From contig NW_024704742.1 of NCBI RefSeq assembly GCF_018977255.1, positions 89,654,001 through 89,718,000 on the forward strand: 64,000 nucleotides of DNA, read 5' to 3'. Positions 23,671-36,857 of the stretch are shown here, in pieces. The DNA comes from Callorhinchus milii (taxonomy: Eukaryota). The notes beneath the pieces are model-generated. The model saw only the letters and a program-made list of their open reading frames with translations. It was not told where the DNA came from and ran no database searches. Position numbers and translations under genes: made by a program. The first letter of the stretch is position 1. Each line of letters opens with the position of its first letter.

Positions 23671-24589
23671 GTATTTGATATAACGCTTTCCACATCAAAA
23701 GGTCGTTCCAAAACTTTTCATAGGATATATCATAAAGTGTAGTGATTGTGTGTTTAGTGGGTAAATGCGGCAGCCAAGTTGCACACAGCAGTGTCCCACA
23801 AACAGCCATATTCAGGTTTGTGGAGGGCAATTTTAGGAAACAATAAATATATTTCTTTGCACAGAAGCTAATTCACAGTTGGAACAGGTTACCCTGTGGA
23901 AAAGGTAGTGGAGGTCAGGTCACTGGCCTCACTTAATAAACAGCTCGATGCTGCATTGGAAGCTAGGGTGGGTATTCTGGCTGAGGAAAATCAAATAGAT
24001 TGATGGTCTGTGACTTGCACGTGGTGAGAATGCTCTTTGGAAGAGAAAAATAATCCCAAACAAGCACTACAGCATTTTCTAATTTTATTTATTTTTCTTT
24101 AGTTGTGTTTCTTTCATTAATTTTTAATCAGCCGCTGCTCCCAAATAATTCACATGAGAGCCCAAAATTGCAGCCAAAGCATTTCGCCAGTAATTACCGA
24201 GATGACTAGCCTGATCCAGTGGTAACACTGTATCAGTCAAATAGACAAAAAACAAAACAAAATCACTTTGCAACAAAATCAATAAAATCCCTCAAATGAC
24301 TTTATTGATGGAGTGATCCGAGGGGAACAAAATGCAGCCTCTTCCAAAACACCTTACTTTCATTATTCACTGTCCATGGTGTAGCTTTCGGGTGTTGATT
24401 CGATGAAAAGTAACAGGCTTAAGCTTCAAAATAGGCTGTAATATGTTCTAGGTTAAGGAAACGTGTTCCTTAACTCAAGCCAGCATGGACTGTACAACCC
24501 TGATATGACCCGGTAACATAGCAGCATACATATCGTACAATAATATGACTGGTACCAATTTTCTGTCATTTCAGATTTGGAATTCTATG

Positions 24590-25025
24590 TTAGAAACAGA
24601 AATCTACAGCAAAGAAGGAGGCCATTTAGCCAAAGAGGCCACACTGGCTCACAGGGTAAGGAGATCAATTCAATCCCGCCTTATCTACTTCCCTCTTGAA
24701 AGCCACAAGACTCTACCTCCACCTTCGCAGAGCATTCCACATCCCAACAACTTTCATGTGCTTGTTTCTAACCTAACTATGTTCTCTAGTCACTGACTCC
24801 CTTATCAAATGAAATAACTTCTCCTTATTTATCCTGTCAAAACCCCCTCATACTTTTGTACAACTCTATAAGGTGCCCTCTCGACCTTCTCTGCTCCAAT
24901 GAAAACAGACGTAGCTTTTCTAATATCTCTTCGTAATAGTAGCCCTTCATCCCCGGAATTATTCTCGTAAACGTCCTCTGCACTACCACTAAAGCCTTAA
25001 CATCTTTCCTGAAGTGAGATGCCCA
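24590..25025 (-). mobile_element. CR1 LINE 3' region
   Basis: AAGAAGGAGGCCATTTAGCC terminus plus reverse-complement CR1 coding remnants. Confidence 0.7.
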
Positions 25026-25674
25026 TGAAGAGTTTATTTCTGTTTGTTAACCATTCTGAAATGTGAGAGACAGAAGTAACTGAATTGATGCGAATATCAT
25101 GCAACAGAAAATACCTTTCACAGCACAAAACATACACAAAATAATTAAATGGAAACCACAGTATTCAGTGGCATTATAATACACATCGATCCGCGGGGAC
25201 TGATACAGCTTCAGCTTCCCCAAGTGATACATAAAGGTTTCATAAATCCACATCAAGGCTTATTTCCTACAGTGAAATGAATCTAAGCATTGTGGCAGAA
25301 AAGACACTCATCAAGTTTGTGAGGAAATCTGCTGGGGGATTTTCAAGTAACAAATTATGTTTTTGGAATGACTGCTCACAGGCAGTCCCTCCTCCCAAAC
25401 AAACCCACAGGTTTAAAAGTCATCTGTCAGGTCTGGTGAAAACAAAGCAGTGCATATGTCAGTGGTCATCATGAATTGTAATTATGAGTTCTACTCTGGT
25501 GTGGGATTAAAACCCACAACCTTCTGAAGCTGAGGTGTAAATGCTATTTTGCACAGTGATCCATTTGGTTTGTGGAAGTAGTTCAAAACTTTAAGTTACT
25601 GATAGTGGTTAGTTTTTCACAATTTCCCCGAGTCCAGTTAAGTATCCCCTGTTATGAATCCAGTTACAAGTTTT

Positions 25675-25995
25675 GTGGAGTCCTGTAGCTTAGTGGTTAA
25701 AGCACTCACCTCTCAAGCGAGAGGAGATCTGGGTTCGATTTCCAGGCAGGGCAAAACCTTAGGCAAATTTCCTTACTCCACACGCCTCTTTTTACCTAGT
25801 GTAATGATCATTTTTAAAGAAATAATTGGTCACTCAATCGACGAGTGTTTGTGGGACACTGCTGTGCGCATTTAGCTGTTGATTTTCGCCCACAATATAT
25901 ACAGTCCATTCACTTTACGGTATATTCTGTGAAGCGCTTTGAGAAGCCTCAAAGACGTGATAAGGCACTTTATCAAATGTAAGGATTATTATTAT
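25675..25995 (+). mobile_element. SINE family A with internal deletion of the long variant
   Basis: Head and tail intact; CACGCCTCTTTTTACCTAG then jumps to the A-rich linker. Confidence 0.9.
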
Positions 25996-26611
25996 CGTTA
26001 ACCACTGGTGCACATTCAGATTCACCAGCCCTTCTGTTTAACAACTGAACTCAGCTCAGTGCATGGATGGAAGCAGATACCATGCACAGCAGACCTCCAC
26101 ACAGCCACTTACGCAGGCTCAGAGCAGTTGCAATATTTAAATAGCAAACACTGGACATTATAAAAAATAAAGAAAGGGCTGGACCTTGAGCTTCTTATAC
26201 ACGTGAACCATTTTACTCTCCCATTTTAGGGTATGATCTGATGTCAGAAATACAATTACTATCACGTTGCACACCACCACCATCTATTAGGCTACCCATC
26301 TATATCCATATTTATTAACTAAAATTCCATAATAGAGAGATTAGATTTCTGTTTACTTCATGAAGAAACTCACATTAGATAAATTTAAGCCTTATTATTC
26401 TGGGGAACTCAACTTACGTTGAGCAACCCAGCAGCACATTTTACCTGCTTCAATGATTTCTGCGCACTTTCTTATCGCAAACAAACCATGCACATAATAA
26501 TTTCTTCTTATTAAGTAGGATTTATTTTCAGCCTAAAATCTTTAAGACTGCCAAATTTTGCATACTGTGTAATCACGGGTGGCTCCGAGCTTTTTCATGA
26601 AAACCCAAGTG

Positions 26612-26945
26612 ATAAGAACACAAGAATATTTTGGAACTGGAATGGGCTCAGTGGCTTTATGATTCCCAACTCTGCAGACCCACCTTTTCCACCTTATTCT
26701 TCAACCCTTTCTATTTCCACAAATGAATATATTTGCTTCTTGAACCTATTTCAAAGATCTTTCCTTTTATGTAAGGTATTCTGGAAGTTGACTACCCTTT
26801 GCATTAAATTAGGTTATTCCTGACTTCGTCACTTAATATAACTTCTCTACTTATTAAACTCCCGTCCCCTGGTATTTGAATCCTTTGTAGCAGTGAGGAA
26901 TTTGCCCAGATCAAATAATTCAATCCCTTCCATAATCTTGAACAG
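26612..26945 (-). mobile_element. Old CR1 3' region
   Basis: TAAGAACACAAGAA tail and AATCCCTTCCATAATCTTGAAC (reverse complement codes for VFKIMEG). Confidence 0.6.
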
Positions 26946-27149
26946 GAGCACGCACAGAATGCTTTGTGGGGGAGCAGGGCCAGAGGTTGTTGGCAACAGG
27001 GCTGGAGTTAATAACAATCATAATCCTTGCATTTAATACAGGGTGGCCATCCAGCATTGTCAAATGCTTTGCGACGTCTTCTCAACGTGAAAGCCACTTT
27101 ATGTATGTAAATTGCATTGTATAGTACTTCACAGGATTTTATTGTAAAT

Positions 27150-27470
27150 TGTACAATACAATACAAATTTACATTTATATAACATCTCTCACATGAGGAA
27201 GAGGTCCCGAGGTACTTAACAATAATGCCTTGGCACCCGAACTGAGGATGAGAGCTGAGGAGAGAGGGAAGGGGAAAGATGACCAAAAGCACTGTCAAAG
27301 AAGTAGGTCTTGAGAAGGACCTTGATCGAGGTGAAGGTGTGAGCGAATTGAAGGCTGCAAAAGGATATAAAGATGAGAATGAGGATCTTGAATTCAATCC
27401 GCTGGGGGGATTGGGAGCCAATGGAGCCAGATAAGGATGGGGGTGATTAGTTTGCGGAACCTGCTGCAAG
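27150..27470 (-). mobile_element. L2 LINE 3' fragments with (ATTGT)n tail
   Basis: TACAATACAATACAAATTTACATTTATA terminus and GAGGATCTTGAATTC...GGGAGCCAATGGAG. Confidence 0.75.
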
Positions 27471-27715
27471 AAAGGACACTTCGTCATTTCATACAAATGT
27501 AGTGACTGTATATTTTGTACACGAACACTGCAGTCAAATTGTACACATTTTATAATAATGCTTGATATAGTGTGAGTTACAATACAGTACCGGTCATATT
27601 ATTGTACAAGTGGAGGTTATGTCAGATGAAAATGAATATATATTACACTTGCATTATATTATTATAACAGATATTTTCAGACATCAAATTCACTGGAGCT
27701 TATACTCAAGATGAT

Positions 27716-28105
27716 AAACAACAACAACAGTAAATTGCATTTTTATAGAGTCTTTCATGTCGGGAGGACGTCTCAAGGCGTTGGACAGTCAGGAATTTGG
27801 ACTCGAGCTGGGGGCTAGGATCAGGAAGGTGGAGGGCAGAGAGGGTAGGGGTAGGAGGGTGGTTAAGGTGCGAAGAGGAGGGTCTTGAAACATTCCTTGA
27901 AGGAGGCAAGGGAGGGAGTGAGCCAAAGGGATTTTGAGATGGAGTTCCAAAGGGTAGGGGCAGAGTGGCTGAAAGCCTGACCACCAATGATGGGGGAGGG
28001 CAGGCAGGGGAGGTGGAGCAGGCCGAAGCCCGCTGAGTTGAGGGAGCAGACAGTTTGGTGTGGCAGGGGATTGGGAGCCAATGGAGCCAGGCGAGAATAG
28101 GGGTG
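27716..28105 (-). mobile_element. L2 LINE 3' end
   Basis: ORF 27863-28081 (-) PIIGGQAFSHSAPTLWNSI...SLASFKECFKTLLF; (CAA)n tail on the plus strand. Confidence 0.88.
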
Positions 28106-29914
28106 CTAAGTAATTTCTAATAAATATATCCTTGCATTTGATATCTCATCTTACAAGTCAGGAGGACGTATTAAAGTGTTTCACAGGATTTACAGTATTG
28201 TGTAGTGACTGTGTATTGTATAATGACTCAGCTCTTTCATTTGTTGGTTGTGCCACTCAGACTGACATGCAGCCCTCACACATATCTTTAGAAAGAGAGT
28301 ACTTAACCTTCTCACCTTTCTGCCATCCTCAATTTATCTCTTTTTCAAACACGGAACGCAATTGAGGAAGAAATTACAAACTAAAATATTTTTCCAACTA
28401 TTTCCTTTTTCTTAGTGGCACCAATTGATCTATAAGATTTTTTTTCAAAATATTTTGAATCCAGTAACCACACCACTTAACTTCCATTTCTATTTTTAAT
28501 AAATGGATTTTTCAGCAAATTAAAATATCTGACCACAAAGTCAAATCGTGAGAACAGCTTCTCTTACTCACAGAACAGCTCTCTTTGTTTTCATCTTAGT
28601 GAGGGACCTAAGATATTCAGTTATAGCTACTAGAAAGGTGTTTTGACTTGAATAACATTTCTAGACTGCGAGTTTGTGGAGGATGCTTTCGTTCAAGAAA
28701 GAGTGAATGAAGATTTCACAAATAGGTCTTTTAACTTTAGGCCATTTTTCACTCTTATAACAATTCCAAGAGACTTAATGAGAAGGCTGCAGTATAAATG
28801 TTGTGTTGGTTTGTTCATTTTAATCTTTGCTGTATAACTTTGAACTAAAAGCAATCAATGTTGTGATCTGAAACGTTCAACATCACAAGACAGAATTTAA
28901 CAATAACAACATATACAATTACATAGGTTTACGTTATAACAGGGAAGCAGGCCATTCAGACCAACTAGTCCATGCTGATGTTTATACTTCCCATGATCTT
29001 CTACTTTTCCTGATCCCTTCTTACATGCCCCTTTATTCCCTTCTCCATCAATTATATTTGCTGGGTAGCCACTTGCTTGCAACAATATGTCATACCTTAA
29101 TGGCCTCAGATGAACCCTTAATATCTGGGGCTTTGGCTGGATGAAAAGCAACTTTTAAAGCTGATTTTGAAATCATTCTTTTTTTTCAAAAAACTAATTT
29201 AACTTGTTCCCATTTCAAAGAAGGCGATTGGAAGCCAGGAGGAAGGAATGAGGCAAGGACAAGAGTTTAAAATTATTTTTTCACAAAAAGGATTATAAAA
29301 GACAGTGTGTGGAAGAGGTAGGGGGAAAAAATCATAATTAAAAACATATTTAAAAAAGAGGACAGGGAGCGACTTGGAAGATGAGAGACCACATAAAATA
29401 AGAACTTCAAGGTAGGCAGGATTAAAGTGTTTAATTTTTAATTAAAATTGTGTTTTGCTTTTTTTCAGTTATTACAATAATGCTAGTCTCTTCATTACTG
29501 TAATATTAGAGCCAAGAGGGATCTTAAACATAACGTGTCTGTTACCCCATCTACCAAGAAAGAAACTGAAGGTTCCTGAGACAAGCACAATACAGTCCGC
29601 AGTGGGGCCAATCAGTGGATGAGATAGGAGAACAGAGCAGTAAGCAATGCTTGCCAGCTTAATGATCATTCATACGCGCATAGGGCGGGTGGCTAGGGCT
29701 AAAGGGCGCTCAGCTTCTCCAAATCTATCTACAGTTCATCTCTTTAAGGGAGCTGCGAAGGGAAAGCTTTGAGCCCTAAGGAGGACCAAAGGCAGTGCTC
29801 CAAGCAGCCTCACCCCGTGCAACCACAGACCCCCTCTTGTTCTACTCCCAACTCCCCGTCAACACTCGCCCACTTCCAGTTTACAACCCCGCCCCCACCA
29901 CGCCAAAGAATATT

Positions 29915-30660
29915 TTTGCCATGGCTTGTGATTCCACATCTACAACTTTCTGGGCAGAATGTTTTACATCTTTACAACCCTCCTGGTGAAGAAATGTTTT
30001 GTGACCTCAGTTCTAACTCAGTTCCCCCTGGCTCTGTTTCAGACTCTGTCACTGTGAAGTGCTCTGGGACGCTACCCCGCATGAAGGGCGCTATATAAAC
30101 ACAAGTTCTTGTTTTTGTTGTTAACTGTCTGTGGCCCCTGGTAATGGATCCCTCAGCTGAAGAGAAGAGTCATTCACTAGCTAACCTATCAATTCCTTTC
30201 ATCATTTTAAATGCGTCAATCAAATCACCCCTTAATCTTGTCTGTTCTAAGGAATATTACCGCAGTTATACGGAATGCACTGCCTGAAAGGGTGATGGAA
30301 GCAGATTTAATAATATCTTCCAAAAGAGAATTGGTTATATACTTGAAAAGGACAAAATTGCAAGGCTATGGGGAAAGATCGGGAAGTTCGACTAGTTGAT
30401 AGATCTTTCAAAGAGCTGGCACCAGCATAATGGTTTGAATAGCCTTCTTCTGTGCTGTAGGTTTCTATGATTCCATGAGTTATCAAGCCTCTCGTTATAG
30501 CCCCTTCATCCAAAGTATTAATTTAGTGAACTGTAGATGGACATCCTCCAAGGCTTGTATATTTTTCCAAAGATAGGACACCCGTAACTGAATACAATAC
30601 ACCAAATGAGGTCTGAGCAACACTGCATAGTGTAACTGGAAATCACCTCCTTACCTGTAG
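29915..30660 (-). mobile_element. Old CR1 fragment hosting an L2 tail (30019-30121, +) and a younger CR1 3' end (30270-30477, +)
   Basis: The host resumes after each insertion; flanking direct repeats are TAACT and AGTTAT. Confidence 0.75.
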
Positions 30661-31325
30661 CCCTTGGATATTGTTGCAAGCACTCAAATCAGTTGGGTAA
30701 TGCAATATTACGGAATAAATTGTTCTTTTGTGGTACCCTTGGCCTTAAGATTATAGCATAGAAGCGCTGAGATAGACAGGACCTGAAAATAACAGAGTTT
30801 GAACACCCTGACTCCTCAGCACCAATTAATGTGACATGCTCAAATATTAAAGTGCGGTCATTCACGCAACATGATGGATCATGATTAATGAGAGGATGTT
30901 CTCACACCATCCCTGTGAAGTTCTCCAAAACGTTTTTCAACGTGAAAGCTGCTATAGGCAATAACTGCAAGTTGCTGTGTTTGTTGTGGGGTGTCTGCCC
31001 TCTAAGATAACAACCCTGCAATGGTTTTATCTGAGTTATAATAAAATACTAATAACCCTTACACATCAGAAGGTTGCCTGAAAAGATGAAATCATATTTT
31101 GGCTGTATTTAGCAGGCAGTACAATTGCATGTACTTTCCGTACAGTAGAGGTTAAATGGTGGTTACAGCTAATTTATTTCATTTAATAATAATCCTTGCA
31201 TTTGATAAAGCATCTTATCACATTGTCAAGACGTGTCAAAATGCTTCACATACTGTAAAGTGGATTGACTGTATTTTGTGGGTGAAACACGGCAGCCAGT
31301 TTGCCCACAGCAATATCCCACAAAC

Positions 31326-31364
31326 AATGATAAGAAGTAATGATAAGAAGTAATGATAAGAAGT
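31326..31364. repeat. Perfect 13-bp tandem repeat x3 (AATGATAAGAAGT)
   Basis: Read directly; sits at the end of a SINE tail fragment (31185-31325). Confidence 0.95.
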
Positions 31365-31860
31365 GACTTATTTTTTCCCCTCACATTGCCCATCTTACAA
31401 GACAAACATATTTCATTTTATTCCTCATGCTCCTACTAGGACTGATTGAAGGTTTGTTGACTTGTTGCCTCCCTTTTCCTGAATATGTTTCTCCATGGGT
31501 GTGAGATCCATTTGCCCATGTGTACAGTATTCACTTGAAGGTACCTTGGCACTTCATATATTGCTTCTTTTCCTGCTCATAGAACTCTTTCCTAGCTTCT
31601 GGGGATGTGGAAGTGCATCGTTCACCATGAATTTCTGAGCCAAGATCACTGAGATATGCACCTATAGCTACAAAAAATCTGTTGCTTGTTGTTCCCTATT
31701 GAAATTCCTCCAATACCCACAAAAATCCATCAATCCACTTTACAGTATTTCTTGTCAAGTGCTTTGAGATGTTTCGACAACATGATAAGACGGATGCTAT
31801 ATCAAATGCAAGTATTATTATTACCCTGTCCTCTCGCAGCCACCAGGGCCAGGATCCCTC

Positions 31861-32004
31861 AGTCCTGTAGCTCAGTGGTTAGAGCATTCACCTCGCAAGC
31901 GAGAGACCTGGGTTCGATTCCTGGTAGGGCGAAACGTTGGGCAAGTTTTCTTACTCCATATGCCTCTGTTTCCCTAGCAGTAAGTGGGAACCTGGTTGTT
32001 AATC
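31861..32004 (+). mobile_element. SINE family A, long variant, 5' part only
   Basis: tRNA-like head with intact B box GGTTCGATTCC; 3'-truncated. Confidence 0.88.
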
Positions 32005-32219
32005 AGTTTAAACCTACAGAGCAGGATTGAAAACTTGTAGTTTATAACACAACAATCAGTTTTTCTTCCACAATGCTTCTTTGCTGCATGATGATTAAAA
32101 CTGAAACTCGGACCTGTCATCTCACTCTTCTTGGAAACAAACTCATCCTGGTTCAAGTGACCCTGATGTGCCTACTCAATATGTGTTTTCTATTCAAGTA
32201 GGCACAATGGTATAATAAG

Positions 32220-32572
32220 TCTTGCATTTGATATAGTGGCTTATCAAATCATCAAGAGATCTCAAAACGTTTCACAGGATTTTACTGTGAAGTGTAGTGA
32301 ATGTGCATTTAAAAATGGTATAGTTCTTTTTCAATGGGAGGATGTCCAAATGTGCTTCACATGATACATTCTGTGTTTTGTGAGTAAAAGTGGCTGTCAA
32401 TTTGGACACAGCAATGTCCCACAAACAGCCATGAAGTGAGCGATCAATTTTATTTGGGGGATTTGTTGACCAAGACACTGGGAGAAACTCCCTTCTCTTT
32501 TCGAATAGTGTCATGGGATCTTTAACGTCCACCTGAATAGGCAGTCAGGACCTCGATTTAGCTTCTCATCCA
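32220..32572 (-). mobile_element. SINE family B, partial, with two tail segments
   Basis: GACACTGGGAGAAACTCCCTTCTCTTTTCGAATAGTG and GGGATCTTTAACGTCCACCTGAA. Confidence 0.8.
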
Positions 32573-32974
32573 TCTAACGGTACATCAAATGATACATACT
32601 GTGGAGCTCCATTACAACATGGTTGATGGAATCCATAAAACCCCAGCTAGTGTCCATGCATGCAGCTGGCCGGCTCAATCCTTCTGCATTGAACCGACTT
32701 CTGGCTCATCAAATTGCCACTGACGTCACTTCCTCTTAATGTTGGTTCATCATTTAATTCAAAGCACATGAATCTCCAACAATGCAGCCCTTCCCCATAT
32801 ATTTCCAACCTGGACTAACCTTAACCCTAATTGGCAGCTCAAGGCCTGATGTGGGCATAAACCCCCAAACTTTTGCAAAGAGGTGGAAGTTCTACTAATT
32901 GAGCCAAACTGACACCTCAACAAGGTAACGTCATGCACATTATTAATAAAGCTCTTTTGTCCCATCATAATAAT

Positions 32975-33252
32975 GTGGGTTGTGGGTTCAAGCCAACATT
33001 GGGAGTTAAGGTCATAGTTGATGCCACCTTTTGGATGAGATGTTAAACCAAGTTTGCATCTGCCTGGTATTCTTGCCAGCGATCCCCCAGAAAAAATGAG
33101 TCATTCATTTCATGGCTATTTGTGGGACATTGATGTGCACAGAGTTGGCTGCCGCATTTGCCTACAAAGCACAGTTACTATACTTCACAGTAAAATGCTG
33201 TGAAGCACATTGAGATATTGTTCCTGACATGAATGCAAGGATTAATATTATT
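32975..33252 (+). mobile_element. SINE family B, internally deleted
   Basis: GGTTGTGGGTTCAAGCC head, TGGATGAGATGTTAAACC body and the shared tail. Confidence 0.75.
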
Positions 33253-33849
33253 TTGATAACATTTGGAGGGAATTAAATGGAATGTGGGTTAGAACATTAA
33301 TTCGAATCGCTGGGATCTGGTTCTGAATCATTGTTGTTGTGGGGACTGTAAGTGAAATGAGCTCAACCAGTCACCACTAATCTCCAGGTGATTGTGAGTT
33401 CACAGAACAGCACAAAAGGTCACCACTAACTCAGGAGCCTCACCAGAAAAGCTAAAGGGCACTGAAATGTCACTCTAAAGTTGAACAAATCACCGCTACA
33501 GCCAGCCAAACCTTCCTGAAAGACAAGACAAAATGGGAATAATATTTACCCTCACAGGGACCCAAACTTCCAACTGATGTTTAGCCTAAAGACAATTTCT
33601 TACATTTCAGAATATGTGTGATTTTTAAAAAAAATTCAACCTTAACTTGGGAATGCAAAAACCTCACTTTCGCTAATGGCATTTCACACATTTTAACAGG
33701 AAAATCCTGGAACTCAGGGCTATAATTCCACAGTGCCCTTTTACAAAAGGATGTGGGACATTCATGCTGCCCTTGTTAACAGTCCATGCAGTATGCGCAC
33801 AAAGAGAATTAACCATTTAAAAATGTACTTCTGTTTCATTTCATTCCCC

Positions 33850-34210
33850 CTCCTCAAATCCATTCCAGTCTGGTTTCCACCCTGGCCATAGTACTGAGAT
33901 AGTCCTCATCAACAACACCAATGACATATGCTTTTTCTGAGTATATCATTATTGATGTTGATGAGGGCTGTCTCAGTTCTGTGGGCAGGATGGAAACCAA
34001 ACTGGGCTAACTGAATAGGGCGCCCATCTGCCTGCTTGTCCTTCTCTGCTGCTTTCATCACTGTGGACCATTCCATCCTCCTCAATCGCCTCTCCTCCCT
34101 CATCCATTTCCATAGGACTGTATTATCCTGGTTGTTCCAATCCTTCCTAAGCCACCATGTGACATTGTTCTAAATGAAGAGCATTATATAAACGCAAGTT
34201 GTTGTTGTTC
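33850..34210 (+). mobile_element. Rearranged L2 fragments with an internal inverted segment
   Basis: QSGF.PGHSTE coding segment present on both strands; L2 tail at about 34170-34210. Confidence 0.65.
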
Positions 34211-34642
34211 ATATGCCTCTTCAGGTGGATGTTAACAATCTCATGATACTATACAAAAAGAGCCCCCCAAATAAAATTTGTCATTCATTTCATGCTCGTT
34301 TGTAGGCTATTCCTGTGCTCATATTGGCTACCCAGTTCAACTATAATAACAGTCACTACACTTCAGAATATCCTGCAAAGCACTTTGAGACATCCTCTTG
34401 ACATAAAGGCACTACATTAAATGTAAGGATTATTATTATTATACCTGCAGTGTTAGAAAGCGATTTAGATTCATGTTCTAGGGTATATTTTGGATTTAGA
34501 CTTTGGGTTTTAATATTTGTAAGATCAGTAAAAGTACCCAAATGAAAACACCAATTAATTGTGATACATCACTATAATAATAATCTTGCATTTGATATAG
34601 CACCTTATCACGTCTTTGAGACGACTCAAAGCACTTCACAGA

Positions 34643-36538
34643 TATGCCTTCACAATACCAGAAGGCATGCCAGACTGCAAAAAGGCATCAGAATGACAAA
34701 GAAAAGCTTTGAATTGAACATGGCAAGAGATGTGAAGGATAATAACAAAATGTTTTTTAGTTACATTAAGTGTAAAAGAAAAACAAGCAATGGAATAGGA
34801 CCACTGAAGGTGGGTTCAGGAGAGAACATGACAAATAATACAGCAATAGTGCTAAATAAGTGTTTTGCATCAGTCTCTACCAAGGAGGAGACAGGTAACT
34901 CATCTGATCTGGAAAGAGAACTCAAGGATGTTGCAGAGAAAAGTTGCAACACAATTCATATCACTACCAGCATGGTTGCCAAACAGCTGTGTAAACTTAA
35001 GGTAAATAATTCTCAGGGTACAGACTGGAGAAAGGCAGATGTTAATCCTATTTTTAAGAAAGGTAGCAAAAGTGACCCAGGAAACTACAGACCAGTAACT
35101 TTGATGTCCATTGTGGGTAAAATTATGGAGACTCTTGTTAAGGATAAAGTCGTGGAGCATCTGGATAGAAATCAAATCATAAATGATAATCAATATGGGT
35201 TCATGAAGGGGAGGTATTTCCAAACTATTTACTAGTTATTTATTTACTGGTTTTCTTTGATAGGTTTGACAAGGGAGCTTGATAAGGGTAAGGCTGTGGA
35301 TGTTGTATATCTGGATTTCAGTAAGGCCTTTAATAAGGTTTCTCTTCAGAGGCTGGCACTGAAAGTAAAGAAAGCGGGAATCAGTGAAGGTTTATTACAA
35401 TGGATATGCAACTGGTTGATCAGAAGAACCCAGAGAGTCATGGTACAGGGAATGTCATCAGATTGGGAAAATGTTACCAGTGGAATTCCACAAGGGACCT
35501 CTTTTGTTTAATATTTTTATAAATTATCTGGAACTAGGAGTTGCAAGCACAGTGACTAAGTTTGCAGATGACACCAAGCTAGTGAAGGTGGTAATAATAA
35601 TAATAATAATAATAATCGTTGCATTTGATATAGTGCTTTTCACGTCAGGAGGATGTCCCAAGATTGCGAAGCTGAACACGATAGGTTACAGGAGGATTTG
35701 GACATACTTGGGAATTGTACAGATCGGTGGCAGATGAAATTCAATGTGGAGAAATGTAAAATACTACACATGGGGACAAAAAAAAGACTATTATTTGATT
35801 TGAAGGAAAATTATACGTATGGAAAATGAAAAGGACCTGAGGCTCCTGATTGACAATAAAGTGAAGTTCTCCCAACAATGCTCTTCGGCAGCGAGTAAAG
35901 GAAACCAGATGTTGGGATGTATCAAAAGATCAATAGCAAGCCGAAATAGTAGGGTAATCCTACCACTGTATAGATCATTGGTAAGATAATATTTAGAGTA
36001 TTGTGTACAGTTCTGGTCACCCCAGTACAAAAAGGATATTGAAGAAATCGAGAAGATACAGAGGAGGGCAACCAAAATGATTGAAGGAATGGAAGGACTG
36101 GACTATGAGGAGAGACTAAGTAAATTGGCCAAGTTCACGCTGGAAAAGAGAAGATTGAGAGGTGATATGATTGCTGTCTTTAAGATTCTAAAGAGGCAAG
36201 ACAATATAGATCATGAACAGGCTGTTTCAACTTGTCCAGAATAGTCAAACCGGAGGACACGGCCTGCGATTGAAGTGGGATAAATTCCGAACGAATCTAC
36301 GCAAACACTATTTCAGTGAGCGAATAATGAATCTGTGGAACAGGCTCCTGAGGGAGATGGTTGAATCAGGAAGTTTTGATTCTTTCAAACACAGATTAGA
36401 TAGTTTTCTTTCAGGAAATAACATTATGGGATATAATAGATAGATAGTTTGGGACATATGTGCATGTGACCGCCAGGAAGATGGAAGGCGAACTAGATGG
36501 ACCTTGATCTTTTTTGTCCAGCATTTCTTATGTTCATA
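34643..36538 (+). mobile_element. CR1 LINE, 5'-truncated ORF2 (RT) pseudogene with 3' UTR
   Basis: DWRKADVNPIFKKG..DPGNYRPVTL, QYGFMKG, VDVVYLDFSKAF, SGIPQG and KFADDTKL motifs with frameshifts; SINE tail inserted at about 35592-35660; ends TTTCTTATGTTC. Confidence 0.95.
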
Positions 36539-36543
36539 TATAA

Positions 36544-36849
36544 GTGGAGTCCTGTAGCTCAGTGGTTAGAGCACTCGCCTGCAAGCGAGACACCTGGGTT
36601 CAATTCCAGGCAGGGCGAAACCTTGGGCAAGTTTCCTTACTCCACACGCCTAATGATAATCCCTCCAAAAAACAATAATAAATTGATCATTTTCAATCCA
36701 CAACTGGTTGTGGGACACTTATGTGCGAAATTAGCTGCTGCATTTCACCCACAGAGTATGCAGTCAATTCACTTTACAACTTATTCTGTGAAGCGCTTGG
36801 AGACGTCTAGAAGACGTGAAAAGCGCTACATTAAATGTAAGGATTATTA
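36544..36849 (+). mobile_element. SINE family A, short variant
   Basis: Head, body and tail all present; lies immediately after the CR1 tail. Confidence 0.92.
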
Positions 36850-36857
36850 ATATTATA

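Noticed and set aside
31326..31364. Short repeats as a CRISPR-like array (also 47161-47272)
   Set aside because: The first has no spacers and the second only two units; eukaryotic context and no cas genes.
31861..31935. tRNA-Ala gene calls from SINE A heads (also 4838, 23348, 36544, 42632, 58749)
   Set aside because: Each head continues into SINE body and carries stem or loop mutations, a 1:72 mismatch and no G3-U70; these are SINE heads, not tRNA genes.
34561..35235. Longest ORF (224 aa) as a functional gene
   Set aside because: It is a chimera of an antisense SINE tail and a CR1 ORF2 fragment with an internal deletion; downstream RT is frameshifted.
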